64,000 nt of DNA from a virus (IMGVR_UViG_3300011427_000001:1-64000); one strand, 5' to 3'. Numbered from the stretch's first letter, positions 27,102 to 36,072 are shown. Numbers and translations: made by a program. Notes: generated by a model not told the origin, from the letters alone.

Positions 27102-27634
27102 GTGTGTCCTAGTATCTTACGAACGCGATGTTCTTTCTTATGACACTTTTGACAAAGTGTGATTCCGTTCGAGATATCAAAACGCAATTCAGGATACTCA
27201 ACCCAAGGTTTGATATGATGTGCATGTAAATGACCTCCCTTAGCAGGACATTTTTGGCATTTGTAACCGTCACGTTCCTTAACTGCCAAGGCCCACAATT
27301 TACCTTGGAATGATTCTCGATCCAACTGTGCACCCGGGTCCCTATCCTCTGGATAGTACCCGTATCTTTTCTTGTAGATCCTCCGAGCGGCTTCAACACC
27401 ATGAATCTGAACCATCGTCTTTCCCTTACGTTGTAATGAAATCGCAGCCCGCCTTTCAGGTGTCATCGACTTCTTAACTGCTTTCGAAATTGATTGGCAG
27501 CGTTGCTCATGGGTTTTCTTCCAGTTTCTAGAAACACCCCTTGCCTGCTTCTTACGATATGAAGCACGTGACCAACGCTTCTTCGCAGCCGCCACCTGCT
27601 TCACACGAGTACTTTCAGGCGTACTCGACCTCAT
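27098..27634 (-). CDS. HNH endonuclease with basic N-terminal DNA-binding region
   Basis: RDGYKCQKC, HAHHIK, NGITLCQKCH; lower GC. Confidence 0.88.
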   Translation of the reverse strand: MRSSTPESTRVKQVAAAKKRWSRASYRKKQARGVSRNWKKTHEQRCQSISKAVKKSMTPERRAAISLQRKGKTMVQIHGVEAARRIYKKRYGYYPEDRDPGAQLDRESFQGKLWALAVKERDGYKCQKCPAKGGHLHAHHIKPWVEYPELRFDISNGITLCQKCHKKEHRVRKILGHT

Positions 27635-28314
27635 TGAGAAGAGCCAAGCACCGGATTACCACCAAGCGGAACCATTGGCTGTGTTCTTCTATCTAACGTA
27701 TCAACTCGAAATAATTTGTGCAACTGATATCCAACCCGGTAAGGTTCACCCGCTACCTTCACAAATTCACTTATGGTATTCAAGATGGCCGGGTCGTTCC
27801 GCTTGCTCCACTCGGGGTGCAACCAAATGGGTTGTCCATGATACTGTGGCGTCGACAGCATGCGTGCCCAATGCGAAGGAGCTTCGACCGAATCCACAAT
27901 TACCTTGAATTCATTCGCCGCAAAAACGTTCTCGGGGAGGGGAAGCTTCGCCGCTTTAGGTGACAGCGTAATCCAATCGAAGGTCCCCTTGATTTCAAAG
28001 CAGCCCGCCGTCTCGAGGTGCGCTGCTCGGCCCAAGTCATGCAGCGTAGCGGTCAGCAGTCGCAAGTCGTGAATGGTGGGTTCGCCTCCGGTCACGACCG
28101 CGAAGGATGCGTTGGTTTCAAGCATCTCATTCACCAACTCTATCTCGGACAGCCGGTCAACGTGAGCTGGGACGTAGTCCTTATGCCACGTCCCGGCGCT
28201 GTCGCACCAAGGACAGTGCAGTGGACAACCGAAAGTGCGGATGAAAAAAGCAGGTCGACCCATGTGGACCCCTTCACCCTGCCACGTGTAAAATCTTTCG
28301 TGAATGGGAAGCAT
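27631..28314 (-). CDS. queE: 7-carboxy-7-deazaguanine synthase (radical SAM)
   Basis: ERFYTWQGEG, FIRTFGCPLHCPWCD, TGGEP, TLSPK, YQLHK. Confidence 0.95.
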   Translation of the reverse strand: MLPIHERFYTWQGEGVHMGRPAFFIRTFGCPLHCPWCDSAGTWHKDYVPAHVDRLSEIELVNEMLETNASFAVVTGGEPTIHDLRLLTATLHDLGRAAHLETAGCFEIKGTFDWITLSPKAAKLPLPENVFAANEFKVIVDSVEAPSHWARMLSTPQYHGQPIWLHPEWSKRNDPAILNTISEFVKVAGEPYRVGYQLHKLFRVDTLDRRTQPMVPLGGNPVLGSSQ

Positions 28315-28318
28315 TGCC

Positions 28319-28816
28319 TTAATACTCTGCGGTGGCGCTGTTCTTGCTGTCTTCGTAGACAGTGACCTTCGATATCCTAACCGACCGACGAACACAGTCT
28401 TGATCCGCATGCACTCCCAACTTATGGAAGAACACCGCATTGACCGTATCCAGCAACCACCGGGCCAGCCCCTCGCAACTGCAATCAGGCACGGAAATGA
28501 TTTTGGCCAATTCAATGGACGATGGGCTGGTTGGGTCAAAACGAACTTCGGTCAACTGCTCCTGCAGATACCCAAGAAACGGGTCACTCGCATTGAGCAC
28601 CAGGGTATGGTCAAAATGGTCCTCAAGCCACTTGCGCAGTTTCTTGAGCTTCCCAAAGTCCACCACAAACCCAGTCCCCGCTTCAAGTTCAGCACACACA
28701 AAGGTCAGTTCGAGTGACCAATTATGCCCATGCAAGAGAGCACAGTGCCCATCGTGGGCCGGCTGGCGGTGTGCAAACGGGAACTCCGGGAACAGTTTGG
28801 TGATGCTTGTCTTCAT
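28319..28816 (-). CDS. queD: 6-carboxy-5,6,7,8-tetrahydropterin synthase
   Basis: AHR, CALLHGH (CxxxHGH), VVDFG, FDH, SCEGLA, V.VYE. Confidence 0.92.
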   Translation of the reverse strand: MKTSITKLFPEFPFAHRQPAHDGHCALLHGHNWSLELTFVCAELEAGTGFVVDFGKLKKLRKWLEDHFDHTLVLNASDPFLGYLQEQLTEVRFDPTSPSSIELAKIISVPDCSCEGLARWLLDTVNAVFFHKLGVHADQDCVRRSVRISKVTVYEDSKNSATAEY

Positions 28817-28825
28817 AAGTTTCCA

Positions 28826-28866
28826 CCTATTGTCACGCCCAATGCTTCGCCCTGCGCAGAGATCTC
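28826..28866 (-). promoter_or_regulatory. Conserved 41-bp upstream element, copy B (head of que/replication operon)
   Basis: 37/41 identical to 5452-5492; lies just after a terminator. Confidence 0.65.
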
Positions 28867-28915
28867 CCTCTCTTTGGACCCGCACAGCTATTCCCGAGAC
28901 CGACCCCGCTAGACG

Positions 28916-28946
28916 AAGAAAAAGCGCACTGCTCGCACAGTGCGCT
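28916..28946 (-). terminator. Rho-independent terminator
   Basis: AGCGCACTG-tgcgag-CAGTGCGCT followed by a T run. Confidence 0.85.
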
Positions 28947-28968
28947 CTTCGCTAGGGAAACAACCGGG

Positions 28969-29532
28969 TCAGACCAGCCGGTATCCCTTCTCGCCGGACT
29001 CGGCCTTCTTCTGTCCGATGAGCCACTTCACGTGTCCGCGCACCCGAGCGACCGTGACCTTCGCACCCTTCGCGATGGTCTCCTCATCGGTCCAGCTCTT
29101 CTTGAGCTGCGCGTTGATGGCCGCGGCCTGCGACCCCTCGCGATTACCGAACTTGTCGCGCACGACGTCCGACTTCGGGGGCGTGGTCGGGTGCTTGGTG
29201 GCCTTGGCCGACTTCATGGTCTTGACCCCGGCGCTCTCCGCGACCTTGTCTTCAGCAGTCTTGCCCGGGTCCTTACCCGCCGACTTCTCGGCCTTCTCGG
29301 CCGGCTTGCTGTCGTCTTCGACCGTGAGGGCCTCGCTCTTCTCGTTGGCCGCAAGCACGGCCTTGAGGTCGGCCAGCACGGCCTTGTCTTCGATGCCCTT
29401 GAGGTCGTCGGCCACCGCGGTCTCATTGATGCCGGACAGCTTCTTCTGGACGCGGTCGAGGTCCCACTTGTCGGCCGTCTTGAAGCGAATTGCGACGAGA
29501 ACGGCTACGGCTGCAATGCGTGTGATGTTCAT
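28969..29532 (-). CDS. Lys/Ala-rich DNA-binding protein with C-terminal winged helix
   Basis: AEK/AKA low-complexity linker, REGSQAAAIN...ARVRGHV; strong GC3 bias. Confidence 0.6.
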   Translation of the reverse strand: MNITRIAAVAVLVAIRFKTADKWDLDRVQKKLSGINETAVADDLKGIEDKAVLADLKAVLAANEKSEALTVEDDSKPAEKAEKSAGKDPGKTAEDKVAESAGVKTMKSAKATKHPTTPPKSDVVRDKFGNREGSQAAAINAQLKKSWTDEETIAKGAKVTVARVRGHVKWLIGQKKAESGEKGYRLV

Positions 29533-29591
29533 TTTGGTACTTGTTTTTTGACTAGCGTTTTGACTTTTGGTTACTAACGGAAAGTGGTGTA

Positions 29592-29762
29592 TCAGCATTC
29601 AGCATGGACCAGTTCGAGCTCGCACACAATGGACGCTTCCATTGGGGTCATCCCCGCGTGGTAGCAACGGGTCAGCACGTCGAACGCGACCGCGATATCC
29701 TTCGCGTCCATCCAGTCCGTCAGGAGGGTCATCCAGAGTTCGAATTGGAGTTTGTTGTGCAT
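29592..29762 (-). CDS. Small hypothetical protein (56 aa, MHNKLQFELW...)
   Basis: Hand-translated; GC3-rich; operon strand; A/C-rich leader. Confidence 0.6.
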   Translation of the reverse strand: MHNKLQFELWMTLLTDWMDAKDIAVAFDVLTRCYHAGMTPMEASIVCELELVHAEC

Positions 29763-29875
29763 GTGTTTTGCGAGTTTGTAACTAACCCAACACCCACACC
29801 ATGAACGATGATCTGGTCACGGTCAACGATTTTTCTGACAAAGGTTTCCGATTTCCGTAACCACGGCACGAACAC

Positions 29876-31282
29876 TTAGAAGCACGACCGCACAGCGGGA
29901 TTGCTCATGGCCAAGCATGCCGCAACCGCCACCGTATCGGTCTCAACGTACTCTCCTTCCCGCAGCACTACCCAATTCAACCGATATACCTCCAGCTTCT
30001 TCTCCGCGTCGTTTTGGTTGATGCCCAACAGCCCGGTCACGTGCGACAGCTTGCGCTTGTCTTCCGAGAAGTTCGTGCGTCTAATGATCTCGGTCGTGAA
30101 GCTGTCGGTGTCAGACTGTGTCGCGGTCACGTACAGGACATGCCACTTCGAACTCAGCCCCCGCTGTTGTTTCCACGATGCGTTAATGCGGTCGCGTGAT
30201 GAGGTGGCAGTGGGGTCCGCTGCAGCCTCGTCGAGAATGTCAGCGTAGTCGACCACCACCACGTCAGGCACCCAGCCTTCGCGTGCCCAGATCTCGAGCT
30301 GGGCGTCAATACCTTTCACACTGAGCGTTGAGTTGGGATGTGCTACGAAGCGCAGGTACTCCTTGCCTCGAACCCGATATTGCGCGGTCTCCTGAAAAGC
30401 CAGCTTGGCGTCTCGAAAGCTAAGGGGTGCGTCGAACACTCGCTCTTCGTGCTTTACCTGCACTTCGTTTTCCACCCGCCGCATTTTGGTTGGGTAGAGC
30501 ACCGTGTGCGGCCAGTGCTTCGCTTTGACTGGCCGACCAGCAGCCCGGGCCGCAAATCGTCGCAGCATCTGTCGTTCGCTCATGTCACCTGCCGCAAACC
30601 AAGCTACCCGCCTGCGTTGCAGAATTGCTCGCCACCCGATGTCAATCAACCAAAAACTCTTGCCCCGCTTCTCGGGTGCCATGAACACCACGAACGCGTC
30701 CCGGGTCAACTGATTGCGAAGCATTGACCCCAACGCCCCGGGGTAGGTTACAATGTCATCCACGTCATCTTCCAACGCTGCACGCAATGCTTCGTCGTCT
30801 TCCAACACATTGACAACTGAACCAGTGCCCAGCTCGACCTTGCCAAACTTGTTGACCTCGGCGGTCGCGTCTTCAACCTTGCCAGTCTCCAACCCTTCAG
30901 TCACGGTCTCGACCAATCGTTGCAACCGCACGCGAGTGAAATGTTTCGCGGCCCGGTCTATCACGTAGCTGCTATTGATTTCCTTCCGCAGCGTTTCATA
31001 TTCCCCACTCAAGCCACGCAGGAACTTCTCCACCAAGTCAACCGTGTCCTTGTCCTTGTTCGTTTGGGCCCACGCCTCAAACACACCCTCAATGTCCCCT
31101 TGGGGTGCTCGCTCGTGATTGACCAGATACCGGACGCACCAACCTCCCACAATGTTTGCCCAGCGGCTGCGAAACAGACCCTCCTGCCACTTCGGCGTGA
31201 TGCGCGCAAGTGTGGTCGTATCCACAATCATTGCTGTCAGAATTGTGCGCTCTTCGTTGCCTTCAATGCGTTCAATTCTCAT
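29876..31282 (-). CDS. dnaB: Replicative DnaB-like helicase
   Basis: Walker A APEKRGKS, GDMSERQ, VVVDYAD, TATQS, SEDKRK. Confidence 0.88.
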   Translation of the reverse strand: MRIERIEGNEERTILTAMIVDTTTLARITPKWQEGLFRSRWANIVGGWCVRYLVNHERAPQGDIEGVFEAWAQTNKDKDTVDLVEKFLRGLSGEYETLRKEINSSYVIDRAAKHFTRVRLQRLVETVTEGLETGKVEDATAEVNKFGKVELGTGSVVNVLEDDEALRAALEDDVDDIVTYPGALGSMLRNQLTRDAFVVFMAPEKRGKSFWLIDIGWRAILQRRRVAWFAAGDMSERQMLRRFAARAAGRPVKAKHWPHTVLYPTKMRRVENEVQVKHEERVFDAPLSFRDAKLAFQETAQYRVRGKEYLRFVAHPNSTLSVKGIDAQLEIWAREGWVPDVVVVDYADILDEAAADPTATSSRDRINASWKQQRGLSSKWHVLYVTATQSDTDSFTTEIIRRTNFSEDKRKLSHVTGLLGINQNDAEKKLEVYRLNWVVLREGEYVETDTVAVAACLAMSNPAVRSCF

Positions 31283-32543
31283 TGAGGCGTTTTAGGTAGT
31301 CTTCGAACTTGGGCATTGCAGCACGTCCCATTTTCAGGAAGTCGGGATGTCCTTCCCAGAAGGTGTAAGACTTGAGCGACCCGCTCCATTCCTTCCAATC
31401 CCGGGTCTGTTGCTGCACCCGCCTGAACCATTCCTGCACGAAGGCCGGAGTGGAGCGCACCAACTCAACCATGGCATTACGAATGATGTCGTGTTGCAGA
31501 CGCTCAGATATACCGGTCGGCCGCTGCTCCTCCCATTTGAAATACCTCTTCCGAAAAGCAGCGTGTGCATCGAAGCTGGTGCGAATGGCCTGCTTCAACT
31601 CAGCATCCGTGCACGCCCATTTCACTTCACGCAAACGGTCAAAGACGAGCTGCTCAGGTTCTGTGAGTTGAATCTGTTCTACCTTCCCGTTTACGGCTTT
31701 GGCCATTCTGTCCACTGAGCTTTGGGCCATCCTTGCTTCTATCTTAGTGAACTTGTCCCGAAAGTCTTCGGCTGAATGAACCTGTGGCATCATCTCTTGC
31801 TTCCAGTGCAAGGTGTACCAAACCAAAACAGTTCGCAAACGCTCTTTGTTCCCGTCCACCATATCTAATGTTTCCTGCATGAAACGCTGCCATCTTGTAC
31901 GACTTGGAGCTCGTGTTAGCCTTCTAGCTTGTCTGATGTGAGTCTCGAGCTCGTGACATGCTCTTTGAACGAATGTGGGTTTTTCTATCCCCCCAAAGAA
32001 ACCCCCGTGCACTTTTTTCTCACCCTCTCCGTTACGACGGGAGGGAGTAACTGTGTTATTCTCTTCTCCTATTATTCTCCTATTAAGTATCTTGACGGTT
32101 TCGCCAAGATTATCTTCTCGTTTTCGAGAAGCAATCTTCTCGTTTTCGTCAAGATGGAGGGAGCTCCCTATTGTACCCTTCGCCCTTAAAGACGACAAGT
32201 AACGAGCGAAATGTTCCTCTAGTAGGCGATAGTACTTCTTCTGTGGAATACCCATGCACCTAGTGTTGACCCAACCGAAGATCTCCCATTTTTTCATCAC
32301 TGTTCGAAAGGCATACAGGGACAGACCCACCGGCTCGCAAAATAGCTTGGGTTGAATGAAAATCTTATCCTGTCCTTCTGCTTTGAACTTCTCCCAAAGA
32401 TAAAGGAATCGACGTATGATAACGGCCTCCTCGATAGAAGAGCCACGAGCTAAGTCATTGTCATAAACCGTGACGTTGCGTTCATTGTTTGCCTTCCAAA
32501 CATCATACGGTATCTGTTCCACATTGGGTTGCTCGATTTTCAT
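31272..32543 (-). CDS. Replication initiator/organiser-like protein
   Basis: N-terminal wHTH ending GIPQKKYYRL, linker with iterons; sits between primase and helicase. Confidence 0.65.
   Translation of the reverse strand: MKIEQPNVEQIPYDVWKANNERNVTVYDNDLARGSSIEEAVIIRRFLYLWEKFKAEGQDKIFIQPKLFCEPVGLSLYAFRTVMKKWEIFGWVNTRCMGIPQKKYYRLLEEHFARYLSSLRAKGTIGSSLHLDENEKIASRKREDNLGETVKILNRRIIGEENNTVTPSRRNGEGEKKVHGGFFGGIEKPTFVQRACHELETHIRQARRLTRAPSRTRWQRFMQETLDMVDGNKERLRTVLVWYTLHWKQEMMPQVHSAEDFRDKFTKIEARMAQSSVDRMAKAVNGKVEQIQLTEPEQLVFDRLREVKWACTDAELKQAIRTSFDAHAAFRKRYFKWEEQRPTGISERLQHDIIRNAMVELVRSTPAFVQEWFRRVQQQTRDWKEWSGSLKSYTFWEGHPDFLKMGRAAMPKFEDYLKRLNEN
32089..32155. repeat. Three tandem 22-23-bp quasi-palindromic iterons (putative origin)
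   Basis: ATCTTGACGGTTTCGCCAAGAT, ATCTTCTCGTTTTCGAGAAGCA, ATCTTCTCGTTTTCGTCAAGAT; AT-rich flank. Confidence 0.65.
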
Positions 32544-33412
32544 AAGCCCAGTTCCTTCCTTATGCTCCGCAGTTCTTTTTCGCTAGCCTCGCCTGCATCT
32601 TTTGCGTCCAAATGGAGCAGACACACACGACCGCCAAAACTCTTCAGGTCTTCGGCCATTTGTCGTGCTCGGCTCTGCGCTACCGTTTCGTTGTCGTAGC
32701 AGATTCCCACGATTGGGTACCTAGACATGCGCAGGAGCTGGGCTTGCTTGATAGCGGTCCCAAAGGTCGCAACCGCCCCGGGTCCAATCTTCCACACGTC
32801 CATCGGCCCTTCCACTACGCAAATGGCGTGCTTGGCGAGGTCCTCCCCGTACAGCAGGGTCTTATGGTTCAGCATTTCCTCTTCCTCACCCGCGGAGATA
32901 TAACGCTGCGTGACGTTGGGGTCGACTGCTCGGGTGGTCCAGCTTACGGTCTCACCCCTCAGCTTGATGGGAATGAAGACCCGCCATTGCAGTCTACTGG
33001 AAATACCAATGCCCTGAATGTCCCACAGGCGTTCCAGCTCCGCTACGTTAAAACCTCGACCCTCGAGATACTCCACGTGGGCACGCCTCAAGGGTCCCAG
33101 TCCGGGCGGTAACATAAGTTTCCCCCGCTTCTCAATTCGTTTGGGGCCACGATAGGCCTCGAGGCTACCCAACAGTCGACGCGACTCACGAAAGGACAGA
33201 CCTGTGAGTTCAGTCAGTGTCTCGACCAGCCCGTGCTTGGCACACTTCCAACAGTGCACATAATTCTTCTCGAGGTTGTACCCCATGTGAAACTTCCGGC
33301 TGTTCCGTCCGCACCAAGGGCAGTCCAGTTGCACCCACCCCTCACGGCAATGCTTGTTCCCTTCTGCTAGAAATTCAATGCCGTGCTCAGCTAAGAGCTC
33401 GGTGAACTTCAT
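32540..33412 (-). CDS. DNA primase (Zn finger + TOPRIM)
   Basis: CPWC...CWKC, VVEGPMD, CYDNE, DAKDAG. Confidence 0.9.
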   Translation of the reverse strand: MKFTELLAEHGIEFLAEGNKHCREGWVQLDCPWCGRNSRKFHMGYNLEKNYVHCWKCAKHGLVETLTELTGLSFRESRRLLGSLEAYRGPKRIEKRGKLMLPPGLGPLRRAHVEYLEGRGFNVAELERLWDIQGIGISSRLQWRVFIPIKLRGETVSWTTRAVDPNVTQRYISAGEEEEMLNHKTLLYGEDLAKHAICVVEGPMDVWKIGPGAVATFGTAIKQAQLLRMSRYPIVGICYDNETVAQSRARQMAEDLKSFGGRVCLLHLDAKDAGEASEKELRSIRKELGL

Positions 33413-33807
33413 GCCGCGTGTTTGGCAACGGCCCGTTTCCGCACCCGCAGGAGCGGAAGGATTTTGTTCGCTTGACGGAAGAACTCAACCATGGCAACAA
33501 TCATGTCCAACCCATGCTCAGCACACACGGTCTTGAACAGACTGCGCACTTCATTCGGGGTGGGACGGATGTGAATCGAACCGTACTCCAAATCCGGATT
33601 CAATTTCACCCGGCGCCCGTCCTTCACATTCAGCATGGGCACAAGCTCCCGGCTCCGTCGCATGAACTCAATGCACGCTGGCAGCATGGGAATGTCCCGC
33701 CGGGCACACTGCGCTTTGAAAGCGGCCTTGTCGCCCTTCTCGATAAACCGGATGTAGACCGTGCAGGTGCCCGGCTTCTTGGGGACTTGGTTGTAGATGG
33801 GTTTCAT
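33409..33807 (-). CDS. Putative tandem ribbon-helix-helix regulator
   Basis: Two similar halves: TVYIR..AAFKAQCARRDIPM / SIHIR..SLFKTVCAEHGLDM. Confidence 0.55.
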   Translation of the reverse strand: MKPIYNQVPKKPGTCTVYIRFIEKGDKAAFKAQCARRDIPMLPACIEFMRRSRELVPMLNVKDGRRVKLNPDLEYGSIHIRPTPNEVRSLFKTVCAEHGLDMIVAMVEFFRQANKILPLLRVRKRAVAKHAA

Positions 33808-35144
33808 ATTGATTTGATTAGTTCATTGAAAATGTTTAGGTCGTCGCCCTGCCCTTTGCCGTCCAGTATATTTTCAAGGATACTCTGTTTGTCGCGAAGT
33901 AGCTTGCAGAGTTTCTCTTCCACCGTCTGCACAGCAACGAGGTAGTAGATGGTTGCGACCCGCTGTTGTCCAATGCGATGAATGCGATCTTCGCCCTGCA
34001 CTACGTCACCCGGGGTCCAGGGCAGGTCGGTAAAGGCACAGGTGGGGGCACGAGTGAGCGTCAAACCCACCCCCGCCGCTTTGACGTTACCAATGAACAA
34101 GCGGGTGCCCCGGTCGTGCTGGAACTTGTCCACTGCGAGCATGCGATGACGACCCTTCACACTCCCATCGACCACGACCGAGATCTTGCGGTAACGTTCG
34201 TGCAGCAACTCGACCATCCGCCGATGCACGGTCATCAGCACCAAGTTGTCATCAGTCGACTCAAGGTAGTGGTCAATCCAGTCGTAGATCAACGGGACCT
34301 TGAGCCTGGCACACAAGCGCAGCAGGTATCCAATCTTGACCAAGGCCTCACTCTTCTTGGCTTTACTGGCCCGAGTGACCGACTGCTTCGACAGCCACCC
34401 CAGAAAGTTTTCGCACGCCTCAACGTACTCACGACGGTCAGGCAGGTCGAGCGGCACTATCTTGCGGACCTTCTCTGGCAGTTCCCGCAGCACGTCCTTC
34501 TTCAAACGCCGAATCATACAATGCGACCGCAACTTTGCATGAAGCTCATCGAGGTTACGAGAGCCACTGTAAACCCATCCCCACGGCTTGCGCTGTGGAC
34601 GCGTGTAACGGTACGCGAACTTTTGGAAGCTCGAATACACCTCGGGGTAAAGCACGTTGAGCGTCGGCCAGAGTTCAGCGGGTTGATTCGTTAGGGGCGT
34701 CCCGCTCAACGCCACGACATGGGGAATGCGGTCAGCTAGGTCCTGCACAGCTTTGCATCGACGACTCGCGCGATTCTTAATCGACTGGCACTCATCTATG
34801 ATAAGCGTGCTCGCTCCCAGCTTGCGCAAATATGGTAACCAGTATGACAAGATCTCATAGTTGATGATGGTAACCGGGTGCGTGCTCAGTGCACGCAAGC
34901 GGGGCACCCTGCGACCCTCCAGCACCTCGCTCATTAGGTTGAGATGCGAAGACGCTTCCCGCTCCCAATTGAACTTGAGCGATGCGGGACACACTATGAT
35001 GACCGGCAGATGCCGGGTGCGCCAGCAGTAATAAAGCGCCTGCAAGCTCTTACCCAAGCCCATCTCATCGGCCAGCAAGGCCCGCCCACCAAAACGATGG
35101 ATTTGTCGGGCCCCGACGTACTGGTAGTCTTTAAGGTCGGTCAC
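33804..35144 (-). CDS. SNF2-family (SMARCAL1-like) helicase
   Basis: LADEMGLGKS, IIDECQ, SGTP..N, AAGVGLTL, QGEDRIHRIGQ. Confidence 0.95.
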   Translation of the reverse strand: MTDLKDYQYVGARQIHRFGGRALLADEMGLGKSLQALYYCWRTRHLPVIIVCPASLKFNWEREASSHLNLMSEVLEGRRVPRLRALSTHPVTIINYEILSYWLPYLRKLGASTLIIDECQSIKNRASRRCKAVQDLADRIPHVVALSGTPLTNQPAELWPTLNVLYPEVYSSFQKFAYRYTRPQRKPWGWVYSGSRNLDELHAKLRSHCMIRRLKKDVLRELPEKVRKIVPLDLPDRREYVEACENFLGWLSKQSVTRASKAKKSEALVKIGYLLRLCARLKVPLIYDWIDHYLESTDDNLVLMTVHRRMVELLHERYRKISVVVDGSVKGRHRMLAVDKFQHDRGTRLFIGNVKAAGVGLTLTRAPTCAFTDLPWTPGDVVQGEDRIHRIGQQRVATIYYLVAVQTVEEKLCKLLRDKQSILENILDGKGQGDDLNIFNELIKSI

Positions 35145-35147
35145 GCT

Positions 35148-35696
35148 CTAGTATCGCGTGAGCAGCACGCCGATCTCCTCAAATGCAATCGCGACCCGGT
35201 CTCGGGTCCAACCCAGATTCAGCAGGTGATGCTTCAAGGTACGCTGCGCTGCACACTTGGTCCGCACGTCCTTCTCACCCAGGATAGCTGACAGTTCAGC
35301 GGGAGCCTCCAGCACAAGCGAGACGACCAGCTTGGCGTCGTCTTCAAGATGGGGAAGGAAGCGCAGCAGAAACTGGTTGGGGTCTTCGGTCCCACACACC
35401 TCTTCATTCACCTCGAGGTGACCCATGTGCCGACGCTGCTTCTGCAAGAAGGTCTTCAGGTCGTTGCTGACCGCGAAGCACACGTAAGAAGAGAAGCGGG
35501 ACTTCCGACTGAAGCGCTCCGGTTCGTAGCGGTCCACACATTTGACGAAGCTGTGATGCGCTTCGCTAATCAATTCGTCGGCCGGGTAATTGTATCTTCG
35601 GGCAAAGCTGTGCGCAATTTTGTAGAGCAGCAGACGAACGTCGGCATAGCATTCTGATATCGTGTCGTGTCTTAGTGCGAGGGCGTTTGCAATCAT
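35148..35696 (-). CDS. Sigma70-type RNA polymerase sigma factor-like protein
   Basis: LLYKIAHSF, DELISEA..SFVKCVDRYEP, FSSYVCFAVSNDL (region 2). Confidence 0.75.
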   Translation of the reverse strand: MIANALALRHDTISECYADVRLLLYKIAHSFARRYNYPADELISEAHHSFVKCVDRYEPERFSRKSRFSSYVCFAVSNDLKTFLQKQRRHMGHLEVNEEVCGTEDPNQFLLRFLPHLEDDAKLVVSLVLEAPAELSAILGEKDVRTKCAAQRTLKHHLLNLGWTRDRVAIAFEEIGVLLTRY

Positions 35697-35794
35697 GTTT
35701 GGAGTTGAGTAGGATGAGACCCGTGACCCGTGCGCTGACAAAGCACGCAATCACATGAACCACACTGATGCAGCTACCGGAAAAAACGTAAAGG

Positions 35795-35826
35795 AAAAAA
35801 GCACGGAACCCCTTGGCTCCGTGCTT
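35795..35826 (-). terminator. Rho-independent terminator
   Basis: AAGCACGGAGCC-aagg-GGTTCCGTGCTT followed by a T run. Confidence 0.85.
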
Positions 35827-35850
35827 AGAAATCTTTTTGGAGAGGCCCGG

Positions 35851-36072
35851 TCAATGTCGGCGTCGAGGGTGGTTGCGATAGTGTGCTCCCACGATGTATG
35901 GATGCACCAAAATCATCCGCGCTCGGGCGGACTCCGATGGAGGCATGGGCTGACGCTTGCGCCGAGCTTTGACGGTCTGCCGTTCGTGGTAGCGTCGCAG
36001 CAGTTCGGCCATGTCAATCCGACTGAAGTCGGTCGATGGTGTGGACGGTTTCTTAGCAGTGTTTGATTTCAT
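35851..36072 (-). CDS. Small basic hypothetical protein
   Basis: Start trimmed to MKSNTAK. Confidence 0.45.
   Translation of the reverse strand: MKSNTAKKPSTPSTDFSRIDMAELLRRYHERQTVKARRKRQPMPPSESARARMILVHPYIVGAHYRNHPRRRH

Noticed and set aside
28817-28915. preQ1 riboswitch upstream of queD
   Set aside because: No class I-III consensus seen; the region is explained by the terminator and the 41-bp element.
29604-29804. Plus-strand 66-aa ORF
   Set aside because: A minus-strand 56-aa ORF with proper codon bias and leader occupies the same space.
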